A DNA stretch of 64,000 nucleotides, from contig JBBQTI010000003.1 in the NCBI GenBank assembly GCA_038213435.1, positions 77,269 to 141,268 on the forward strand, given 5' to 3'. This stretch comes from Acidimicrobiia bacterium (GTDB lineage Bacteria > Actinomycetota > Acidimicrobiia > IMCC26256 > PALSA-610). Below the pieces are notes generated by a model. The model was not told where the DNA came from. It searched no databases and was given only the letters and a program-made list of their open reading frames with translations. This document shows, piece after piece, positions 51,413-59,643 of this stretch (the first letter of the stretch is position 1; each line of letters opens with the position of its first letter). The position numbers were made by a program, and so were the translations under genes.

Positions 51413-53887
51413 ATGAGCATGGTCAGCTCCGACACGCTCGGCCCGAGCGGTGTCGACGCACCTCGCGTACCGCGCTGGCTCATCATCCTCCTCGTCAGCC
51501 TCGCGGGGCTCCTGCTCGAAGTCGGCTACACCCGGATCGTCTCGTTCAAGCTCTGGTACTACTACACCTACCTGGTCATCGGGCTCGCGCTCTTGGGCAT
51601 CGGCTCGGGCAGCGTGTTCGTCGCGGTGTTCTCGCCGGTGCGTCGCTGGACGACCGAGCGCATCATCGCGGTGTGCTCGGTCTGGGGCGCCGTGAGCATC
51701 GCGCTCGGATATCTCGTGGTCGCGAAAATGCGCGTCAACACCATTGCGATCTGGGACTACGGGACGCGATCGTCGTTCACCAACCTGTTCCGGCTCGGCG
51801 TCATCTGTCTCGCAGTCTTCGCCACGTTCATCGCGTTCGGGATCATCGTCGCGGTGCTCCTCGGGCGGGCCGGCGACGGCATCGGTCGCATGTACTTCTC
51901 CGATCTCGTCGGCGCCGGGCTCGGCTGCCTCTTGGCGATCCCGTTGATCACGCGCCTGGGGCCACCGCGCGTCATCATGCTCTCGGCCCTCATCTTCGCG
52001 GTCGTCGGGCTGGCGTCGTGCGCGCCGAAGTCGCTGCTCTTCGGCTTCGCGGCCATCACGAGCGTGGTGCTCGTGGTCACGGTAGTCGCCGCGAACGCCC
52101 TGCCCGACGTGCGGACCGAGGACGGAAAGCTCTACACCCCGATCACGCTCTACTCCGCGTGGGGCCCGGTATTTCGCGTCGACGTCGTACAGTTCGGACC
52201 CGACACCTCCAACTACCTCTTGGTGCACGACGGCACCTTCGGCTCCGGTATCCGGCGGTTCGACGGCAACCCCGCGTCGCTCGGGTTCTACGCGAAGGAT
52301 CCTCGCGCGATCCCCTTCGACGTCCTCGGTCGACCCCCCGGACGCGAGCTGATTATCGGTTCGGCCGGCGGAAACGAGATCCTCGCCTCGCTCTACAACC
52401 ACGCCCCGAACATCGAAGCCGTCGAGCTGAATCCCGTAACGGTGTCGCTGCTCACAAGGCGTTTCGCCGACTACACCGGCCACCTGCCGCAGCAACCCGC
52501 GGTGCATCTGCACCAGGGTGATGGTCGTTCGTATCTCGCGCGCACCGACGCGCAGTACGACCTCACCTGGTATGTCGCGCCCGACAGCTACGCGGCGACG
52601 AACGCGGCCTCCTCCGGCGCATTCGTGCTCTCGGAGAGCTACCTCTACACCACGCAGATGATCAAGACGACACTCCGGCATCTGACCGACAACGGCATCA
52701 TGGTGGTGCAGTTCGGCGAGCTGAACTTCGACACTCCGAACCGGACGAGTCGGTATATCGTCACCGCGCGTAAGGCGCTCGAGCAGCTGGGTGTCCGCGA
52801 CCCCAACAATCACCTGCTCGTCGCGGCCCAGCTCACCTCGTCGGGCGCGCTCTCGACCATCGTCGTCAAACGCACCGCGTTCACGAAGGCCGAGACCGAT
52901 CGGTTCCTCGGCGGTATCGCGCATCTGCCCGAGCAACACCCCTACGCGGCGCCGGGGCACGTCATCGGCACCAGCGTCGTGAGCCGATTGGCGTCGGGGA
53001 CGAACGCGCAGGTCGCGGCGATCGTGTCGCGCTCGCCCAAGAACATCACCCCGGTCTACGACGACGCGCCCTACTTCTGGCACTTCGCTCGCTTCCGCGA
53101 CGTGCTCTCGCACATCGCGCAACCGCTCAAGAGCACCGACCCGGAAGACGCAATCGGTGAACGCGTCCTGCTCCTGCTCCTCGCGATCTCGGCGTTGTAC
53201 GCGGCCGTGTTCCTCCTGGCACCCTTTCTCGCGGTGCGCCGGAAGTGGCGCGCGCTTCCGGCCAAGGGCACGTCGGCCGTGTATTTCGCCGCGCTCGGGC
53301 TCGGGTTCATGTTCTTCGAGATCACGATGATCCAGCGGTTGGTGCAGTTCCTCGGGTACCCCACCTATTCGCTCACCGTGACGCTCGCCGCGATCCTGTT
53401 GTCGACCGGCGTCGGTGCGCTCCTCAGCCGGAGGTTCGCTGATCGGGCCCGCACCGCGGTGCCGGTCCTCCTCGCGGTGCTCGCCGCGCTCACGCTGTTC
53501 TACGAGCTGGCGCTCCCGTCGATCCTCGACGGCCGGCTGCTCTCGACCGGCCTTGCGGCACGGGTCGTCTTCGCGGGCGCGATCCTCACGCCGCTCGGAC
53601 TCTGCCTCGGCATGTTCATGCCGCTCGGCCTCGGCCGGGTCGCGTCGCTCACGGAACACGGTGAGGAGTACGTGGCGTGGGGTTGGGCCGTGAACGGCTT
53701 CTTCTCGGTCATCGGCTCGGTGCTCACCACGATCCTCTCGATGGCCGTCGGCTTCCGCGCGGTACAGCTCGCGGCGCTCGGTGCCTACGCGATCGCGGTC
53801 GTGGCCTTCATGAGGCTGCCGGGAGCAACTCGCCGCTCGAGCGTCTCGCTCGACGACGAACCGAGCCTCGCAACCGTCACGGTGTGA
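51413..53887 (+). CDS. spermidine-synthase-like (class I MTase fold) domain embedded between two multi-helix membrane blocks (824 aa)
   Basis: ATG 51413 inside track ORF 51293..53887. About 7 N-terminal helices; central ELIIGSAGGNEILASL...IEAVELNPV...GDGRSYL...YDLTWYVAPDS; about 5 C-terminal helices. Confidence 0.75.
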   Translation: MSMVSSDTLGPSGVDAPRVPRWLIILLVSLAGLLLEVGYTRIVSFKLWYYYTYLVIGLALLGIGSGSVFVAVFSPVRRWTTERIIAVCSVWGAVSIALGYLVVAKMRVNTIAIWDYGTRSSFTNLFRLGVICLAVFATFIAFGIIVAVLLGRAGDGIGRMYFSDLVGAGLGCLLAIPLITRLGPPRVIMLSALIFAVVGLASCAPKSLLFGFAAITSVVLVVTVVAANALPDVRTEDGKLYTPITLYSAWGPVFRVDVVQFGPDTSNYLLVHDGTFGSGIRRFDGNPASLGFYAKDPRAIPFDVLGRPPGRELIIGSAGGNEILASLYNHAPNIEAVELNPVTVSLLTRRFADYTGHLPQQPAVHLHQGDGRSYLARTDAQYDLTWYVAPDSYAATNAASSGAFVLSESYLYTTQMIKTTLRHLTDNGIMVVQFGELNFDTPNRTSRYIVTARKALEQLGVRDPNNHLLVAAQLTSSGALSTIVVKRTAFTKAETDRFLGGIAHLPEQHPYAAPGHVIGTSVVSRLASGTNAQVAAIVSRSPKNITPVYDDAPYFWHFARFRDVLSHIAQPLKSTDPEDAIGERVLLLLLAISALYAAVFLLAPFLAVRRKWRALPAKGTSAVYFAALGLGFMFFEITMIQRLVQFLGYPTYSLTVTLAAILLSTGVGALLSRRFADRARTAVPVLLAVLAALTLFYELALPSILDGRLLSTGLAARVVFAGAILTPLGLCLGMFMPLGLGRVASLTEHGEEYVAWGWAVNGFFSVIGSVLTTILSMAVGFRAVQLAALGAYAIAVVAFMRLPGATRRSSVSLDDEPSLATVTV

Positions 53888-55292
53888 CCACGGGCGCCAC
53901 TCGAGCGTCTCGCCGGGATCGCAACCACCGGCCGAGCGCGACGATCCCGACCGCGGCGAGCAGCGCGAGCGAATGTTCGGCACCGGCGCGAAAGCGCGTC
54001 TGCCCGTAGGTAGCCATGGTGTCGAGCGTGACGATGATCGCCGGTACGAGCAGAACCCACAACACGTCGCGTGCTACCCGGCGTCGCCACATCACCACTG
54101 CGCCCGCGACCGCGAGCAGCAACGTCGGGTAGTACGCGACGAGACCGAGGCGCGTCACCCACTCCTCGCGGTCTTCTCCCGTGTTGAGGGTCACCATGTC
54201 GAGGGGACGAAAGAGGCTCCAGGTGCGGCCCAGGCGCGCCAGGACCACGAAGGGAGCGCGCGACGCGTGTTCCTTCATGTAGTCGAGGCCTCGGCGGCGA
54301 AACGCGCCGGCGACCTGCGACTGGTCACCGGGCGGAGGGTTGTCGGCGCACGACCGGAGTGTCCAGAAGCCCGTGGCGGCGCCGTGGTACATCGCATCGC
54401 AGTTCGCGCCGGCCAGGGTGAGACCGTCGTTCGTCGAGACGAACGTGGGGTCGTGGAACCGCGCGAGATTGAAGCCCACCCACGGCGCCACGACGACGAG
54501 CGCGGTGGCGAGCGCCACGAGCGCCTGTTTCCACCGCAGGCTCCAGGGCTGCGGCAATGAACAGGCGACGACGATCGCGAGCAACGGCACGAGCAGGAGG
54601 AACTCCACCCGCGCGAGCGCGGCGAGCCCGCACACTCCTCCGAGAGCCGCCGCCCGCCGCAAGCTCGGTCGATCGCGCCACCACAGCGCGGCCCACATCG
54701 CGCCCACGACGGTCAGCGCGGTGAGCGTTTCCGACATCACGAGACCGTCGTTGACCCAGATGTTCGGGCTCAACGCCGCGATCGCGGCCGCGACGAGCCC
54801 GACCGCGTCACCGCCCACGCGGCGGCCGAGCAAGCCCACCAGCGCGACGAGAAGGGTTCCGAGCACCGCCATCGTGTAGCGGTGCTCACGCACGTGATCG
54901 TGGAGCGGCTCCTTGATCATCCACGAGAGCGGCGCGTGCTCGACGAACCACGACACCGGCGCCAGGACGACGACTGTGAGGGGTGGGTGATCTGCGGCCG
55001 GCGGCGGCTTGACGCCGGGGTGGATGAACGCCGAAAGCGGCTCGTTGAAGCCGTGGCCGGCCGCCAGGTAGTTCGCCTCCGCGTTGTAGAAGAGCTCGTC
55101 GCCCCGCAGGCATTTGCTCGGTGCGCTCCCGATGCGCGTGCCGTCAGCCAGGACGAGCGGGCACGGGCCCGCCTTCGCGATCGCGACGTACGCGACGCGA
55201 ATCCCGAACGCGACCGCGACGATCACGAGCAGCACACGCCCGAATCGGGACACGGCGGGCAACCTAGTGCCGCGCGCGTGGAAGCTCGCCAA
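53877..55292 (-). CDS. GT39/ArnT-like GT-C glycosyltransferase (full length)
   Basis: TTG 55292 after GGGAG, with GTG 55253 as an alternative. First loop RGDELFYNAEANYLAAGHGF, APWVGFNLARFH, ANCDAMYHG, ATYGQTRFRAGAEHSLALLAAV. The 3' end overlaps the convergent gene by 11 bp. Confidence 0.75.
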   Translation of the reverse strand: MASFHARGTRLPAVSRFGRVLLVIVAVAFGIRVAYVAIAKAGPCPLVLADGTRIGSAPSKCLRGDELFYNAEANYLAAGHGFNEPLSAFIHPGVKPPPAADHPPLTVVVLAPVSWFVEHAPLSWMIKEPLHDHVREHRYTMAVLGTLLVALVGLLGRRVGGDAVGLVAAAIAALSPNIWVNDGLVMSETLTALTVVGAMWAALWWRDRPSLRRAAALGGVCGLAALARVEFLLLVPLLAIVVACSLPQPWSLRWKQALVALATALVVVAPWVGFNLARFHDPTFVSTNDGLTLAGANCDAMYHGAATGFWTLRSCADNPPPGDQSQVAGAFRRRGLDYMKEHASRAPFVVLARLGRTWSLFRPLDMVTLNTGEDREEWVTRLGLVAYYPTLLLAVAGAVVMWRRRVARDVLWVLLVPAIIVTLDTMATYGQTRFRAGAEHSLALLAAVGIVALGRWLRSRRDARVAPVVTP

Positions 55293-55318
55293 GGTTCGAC
55301 TCCCGTAACCTCTGCCCC

Positions 55319-57355
55319 GTGACCCCGGGGACCGAGACGGTGGGCCGTACGGCGCCCGACCCGCTGCGCCAGCCGATCGCCGCGGGAGGATTCGAAGCCG
55401 GCACGACGGCACCTCGGTTCGGCTATCACGCGGCGCTCGACGGTCTCCGCGCAATCGCCGTCCTGTCGGTCATCGCATACCACTACGACTACGCGTGGGC
55501 GAAAGGTGGGTTCCTCGGCGTCGACACCTTCTTCGTGCTCTCCGGCTTCTTGATCACGACGCTTCTCGTGCTCGAGTTCCGGCGCGCGTCGAAGCTCCGG
55601 TTCGCCGCGTTCTGGGCGCGCCGGGCACGCCGGCTGCTCCCGGCCCTCTTGTTGGTGTTGGTCTTCGTCGCCGGGTACTCGCATCTCGCCGTCGTGCCCT
55701 GGGAGCGCAACGGCGTGCGCGACGACATGTTCGCGAGCTTGTTCTACATCGCGAACTGGCGCTTCATCTTCGACCAACAGGGCTACTTCCAGGTGTTCTC
55801 CGCCGCGTCCCCGCTGCGGCACATGTGGTCGCTCGCGATCGAGGAGCAGTACTACCTCGTGTGGCCGCTGGTGGTGCTCGCGTGCCTGCGCCTCGGCCGC
55901 GGATCGACACGCGTGCTCGGCTGCGTGTGTGTCGTCGGTGCCGCGGGATCGATCCTCTCCATGGCGCTGCGGTTCCACCCCGGCGATCCGTCCGGTGCGT
56001 ACTACGCGACCGACGCCCGCGCGCACACACTGCTCATCGGTGCGTTGCTCGCGCTGCTGCTGCTCGCGTGGAAACCGGGGGCGCGTGCACGACGCGTGCT
56101 CGCGGTCGCGGCGATCCCGGCGATCGTCGCGGTGCTCGTCGCCACACACGGCGCGTCGGGGACCGGCGCGAGCTACTACCGCGGCGGCTCGGCGCTGTTT
56201 GCCGGAGTCGTCGCCGTGCTCATCGGGGGCGTGGTGCAGCCCGGCCCGGTGTCGTCCCTGTTGTCGATGCGACCGCTCGCGTGGATCGGACGGATCTCCT
56301 ACGGCTTGTACTTGTGGCACTGGCCGATCGACGTCTGGCTGGTGCCGTCACGGGTGCACGTCGGAACCACCGCGCTCAACGCGCTACGCCTCGGCGCGAC
56401 CTTTGCCGCCGCGATCGCGTCGTACTACCTCGTCGAGCGTCCGATCCGCGAACGCACGTGGAGCCTGCGCGTGTCGGCCGCCGCCTTCGCGCCCGCGGTC
56501 GCCGTCCTCGCGGGCATCATCACAGCCTCCGCCGTGGGTGCAACCGCACCGCCCGGGTTCATCTGGGGCTACGGCGACCCGCTGCTGTGCGGCACGCCCC
56601 GAGCGAGTGAGACGAGCGAGGCGAACGCCGCGGCCGCGAAGACGGGGCCGCTCTCCCTGCCCGCGTCCGCACGCGACCAACGCATCCTGCTCGTCGGCGA
56701 CTCGACGGCGTGCAGCCTGTGGCCGGGTCTGAACGCCGCCGGCGATGCGGCCGGGATCGCGACCTCCCAGGGCTCCGTCTTCGGGTGCGGTGTCGCGAGC
56801 GGACAGATCACGACGACCCGCACCGAAGCGATCACACCGAACTCGTCGCGCTGTCCGGCGCTCGTCGACTCCGACGTGAGCAAGGCACTCGCCCGCGGTC
56901 GACCGACCATCGTCCTGTGGATGAGCATCTGGGAGAAGTCCGACCTCGTCGTCGACGGCCGCACAATCGTCGCGGGAACACCCGCCGGAGAAAAGGAGAT
57001 CATGGCGCGCATGGACGCGGCACTCGCGCGCCTCACCGCCGGAGGCGCGCACGTCGTGATGATCACAGAGGCCGGACCCGCCCCGAACCCCGCCCAGGGA
57101 ACGCAGACCACCAGCCTGAAGGCCGACAACGACGGGTACGTGCGCCTGAACGCGCTGCTGCGACGCTTCCAAGCGCGCCACCGCGGCCAGGTCTCCCTCG
57201 TCGACCTCGCGACCAAGCTGTGCCCGAGCGGACCTCCGTGCCCCGAACGCGTCGAGGGGCTGCACGCCCGCCCCGACGGCCGTCATTTCACGCCAACCGC
57301 CGCGACGTGGGCCGCCCGCTGGATCCTGACCGAAATCCTGGGAACCAGGCGATGA
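55319..57355 (+). CDS. acyltransferase-3 (AT3) membrane domain fused to SGNH-like domain (second copy)
   Basis: 678 aa. ALDGLRAIAVLSVIAYH, GVDTFFVLSGFLI, HMWSLAIEEQYYL, LYLWHWP. The C-terminal domain has LLVGDST. Confidence 0.85.
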   Translation: MTPGTETVGRTAPDPLRQPIAAGGFEAGTTAPRFGYHAALDGLRAIAVLSVIAYHYDYAWAKGGFLGVDTFFVLSGFLITTLLVLEFRRASKLRFAAFWARRARRLLPALLLVLVFVAGYSHLAVVPWERNGVRDDMFASLFYIANWRFIFDQQGYFQVFSAASPLRHMWSLAIEEQYYLVWPLVVLACLRLGRGSTRVLGCVCVVGAAGSILSMALRFHPGDPSGAYYATDARAHTLLIGALLALLLLAWKPGARARRVLAVAAIPAIVAVLVATHGASGTGASYYRGGSALFAGVVAVLIGGVVQPGPVSSLLSMRPLAWIGRISYGLYLWHWPIDVWLVPSRVHVGTTALNALRLGATFAAAIASYYLVERPIRERTWSLRVSAAAFAPAVAVLAGIITASAVGATAPPGFIWGYGDPLLCGTPRASETSEANAAAAKTGPLSLPASARDQRILLVGDSTACSLWPGLNAAGDAAGIATSQGSVFGCGVASGQITTTRTEAITPNSSRCPALVDSDVSKALARGRPTIVLWMSIWEKSDLVVDGRTIVAGTPAGEKEIMARMDAALARLTAGGAHVVMITEAGPAPNPAQGTQTTSLKADNDGYVRLNALLRRFQARHRGQVSLVDLATKLCPSGPPCPERVEGLHARPDGRHFTPTAATWAARWILTEILGTRR

Positions 57356-59061
57356 CGACGCTGCTCGCCTCCGACCAGAACCACGATCCCGACGTGCGGC
57401 GGCGGTCGTCGCGCTGGGCACGGCTCGGCGCGGCCGCGCCGGCATACCTTCCCGCACTCATGATCGCGGTCGGCGGTTGGCAGCACCGCTGGATGGACGA
57501 GGACGCGTTCATCAACCTGCGCATCGTCGACCAGATCTTCGCCGGCCACGGTCCGGTGTTCAACGCCGGCGAACGCGTCGAAGCCTCGACGAGCACGTTG
57601 TGGATCGTGGTGCTCGTCAGCGGCCGCGCCCTGTTCGGCGCATTCACGAGCATGGAATGGATCGCGCTGCTCGCAAGCCTGGGCGCGGCGGTCGCCGCCT
57701 TCGCGCTCGCGGGCAAGGCAGCTCGGCTCTTACACCACGACGAGGGCGGCATCGTCGTCCCGGTCGGGCTGATCCTCGTCGCGGCAGTCAAGGTCGTGTG
57801 GGACTTCTCGACATCGGGACTGGAAATGGGCCTCGTGTGGTTGTGGATCGCCGCGGCGTGGTTCGTGCTCGTGTCGGCCGCGCGGTCGGCGGAGATCAAC
57901 GGGCGTAGGCGGCTCGGTTTCGGCGTGGTGCTCGGCCTCGCGCCGCTCGTGCGTCCGGATCTCGGTTTGATGATGATCTGCGTGCTCGTCGCGTGGTTCG
58001 TCGTGGTGCGGCCGCGGCGAATCGTGTTCGACGTCGTCGCGATCTTCGCGCTGCCACTCGCCTACCAGATTTTCCGCATGGGTTACTACGCCATGCTCGT
58101 ACCCACCACTGCACTCGCCAAGGACGCGGGGGGATTGCACCTCGGTCAGGGTTGGGAGTACGCGAGGAATTTCATCGGTCCGTACCGGTTGTGGCTGACC
58201 GCCATATTGATCGCGGCGACCGTCGTCTACCGTTCTCTGGCCGTCCGCGACCGCCGGCTCGCTTTTGTCACCGCCGCCATGCTGGCCGCCGCGCTCCTCC
58301 ACGCGCTCTACATCACCGCCATCGGGGGTGACTACATGCACGGGCGGTTGCTGCTGCCCGCATTCTTCGCGCTGGCGCTGCCGGCATCGATCTCGGTCAA
58401 AACCGTCGCGGTCACCCGTCGGATGCTGGTGGTCATCGGCATCAACGCGTTCGCGGCCGCATGGGCGATCGTCAGCGTCGTCGCGTTCCGACCGCCGCCG
58501 AACCCCAAGTCGTATCTCCTCAGCCCCATCAGCGACTTTCGCGCCGCGTCGCACGCGAAGCTCCACCCGACCGACATCCAGTTCGGCCTGAACGGATACG
58601 AGGCCGCCGCCGCATACGACCGGGGCGTAAGGGGCTACTTCAATCTCACCGACAAGGATCCCCGCCCGGGGCTCGATCCTCGAAGGTTCGTGCTGACCCT
58701 CGGCTCTATCGGTGTGCCCGCGTACGACGCGGGCCGGCGGATCTGGGTCGTCGACATCGGCGGGCTCGCAGAACCGCTTGCGGCGCGCACGGAACCCGTC
58801 CCGGGGCGCGCCGCCGGCCATCGCAAGCAGATCGACGCCGCGTGGTACGACGCGCGCTTCGGCGCGCCGACGGCTACGAGCAACCCGACGGATGACGCCG
58901 CCCGGCGCGCGCTCGGCTGCGGCCCGATCCCCGGGCTGTTGGAGGCGGTGGACGCGAAGTTGACTCCGGGCCGCTTCTTCTCGAACGTCTGGCACAGTGC
59001 CGCATACACGACGCTGCGCATACCGACCGATCCCGAAGTCGCCGAGCAAGAATGGTGCTGA
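57352..59061 (+). CDS. GT-C-type membrane glycosyltransferase, arabinofuranosyltransferase(AftB)-like (tentative)
   Basis: ATG 57352 overlaps the AT3 stop (ATGA). TM1, then HRWMDEDAFINLRIVDQIFAGHGPVFNAGERVEASTSTLW (acidic first-loop motif), about 10 helices, and a ~170-aa soluble C-terminus. The family assignment is from memory. Confidence 0.55.
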   Translation: MTTLLASDQNHDPDVRRRSSRWARLGAAAPAYLPALMIAVGGWQHRWMDEDAFINLRIVDQIFAGHGPVFNAGERVEASTSTLWIVVLVSGRALFGAFTSMEWIALLASLGAAVAAFALAGKAARLLHHDEGGIVVPVGLILVAAVKVVWDFSTSGLEMGLVWLWIAAAWFVLVSAARSAEINGRRRLGFGVVLGLAPLVRPDLGLMMICVLVAWFVVVRPRRIVFDVVAIFALPLAYQIFRMGYYAMLVPTTALAKDAGGLHLGQGWEYARNFIGPYRLWLTAILIAATVVYRSLAVRDRRLAFVTAAMLAAALLHALYITAIGGDYMHGRLLLPAFFALALPASISVKTVAVTRRMLVVIGINAFAAAWAIVSVVAFRPPPNPKSYLLSPISDFRAASHAKLHPTDIQFGLNGYEAAAAYDRGVRGYFNLTDKDPRPGLDPRRFVLTLGSIGVPAYDAGRRIWVVDIGGLAEPLAARTEPVPGRAAGHRKQIDAAWYDARFGAPTATSNPTDDAARRALGCGPIPGLLEAVDAKLTPGRFFSNVWHSAAYTTLRIPTDPEVAEQEWC

Positions 59062-59643
59062 TCACGCGAGTGAATCGAGGATGGTCCGCGTCACCACGCC
59101 CACCTCTTCGGACGCGTCGACCGTCATGAGAATGCCCCGCTCCTCGTAGAAGTCGAGGATCGGACGGGTGTTGGCGTGGAAGAGTTGCAGCCGGCGCTCG
59201 ATCACCTCGGCGTCGGCGTCGTCGACCCGTCCGGCGCGGGCGCGGCCCGCCAGCCGGTGGCGTGCGACGTCGTCGGCCAGTGCGAGGTAGACGGCCGACT
59301 CCGCCTCGATGCCCAACGGCCGCGCGAGCTCGTAGGCGCGCTCGGCCTGAGCCCGTGTGCGTGGGAAGCCGTCGAGGATGTACCCACCCGACTCGCAGGC
59401 GACGGTGACCGCCTCGCAGACGACTGCGAGGACCACGTCGTCCGGTACGAAATCACCGCGCGCGAGGCGTGCGGTGATCTCTACGCCGAGCTCGCTCTCG
59501 GCCGCGACGTGCGCGCGCAGCAGCTCTCCGCTCGCAACGTGACGCACGCCGAGACGTGCGGCTAGAAGCTTTCCTTGCGTGCCTTTGCCGGAGCCCGGCG
59601 CGCCGAGCAGGACGAGTCGCAAGGGGTCATGATCGCACGGCAT
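59062..59643 (-). CDS. adk: adenylate kinase (short-LID type)
   Basis: LRLVLLGAPGSGKGTQ, GELLR, GYILDGFPRT, R..GR..DD. ATG 59643 overlaps the upstream stop by 17 nt. TTG 59622 would give the canonical M-RLVLLGAPGSGKGTQ N-terminus, 4 nt after that stop. Confidence 0.85.
   Translation of the reverse strand: MPCDHDPLRLVLLGAPGSGKGTQGKLLAARLGVRHVASGELLRAHVAAESELGVEITARLARGDFVPDDVVLAVVCEAVTVACESGGYILDGFPRTRAQAERAYELARPLGIEAESAVYLALADDVARHRLAGRARAGRVDDADAEVIERRLQLFHANTRPILDFYEERGILMTVDASEEVGVVTRTILDSLA

Noticed and set aside
8789-57355. Numerous 4-nt start/stop overlaps (GTGA at 8789, 36115, 44746; ATGA at 45775 and 57352). Also overlapping or abutting convergent stops (CTAA 22388-22391, TGATCA 59059-59064, and overlaps of 11 bp at 53877 and 31 bp at 17032).
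   Set aside because: These are normal features of compact high-GC actinobacterial operons. I used them as evidence for gene starts and operon structure, not as anomalies in themselves.
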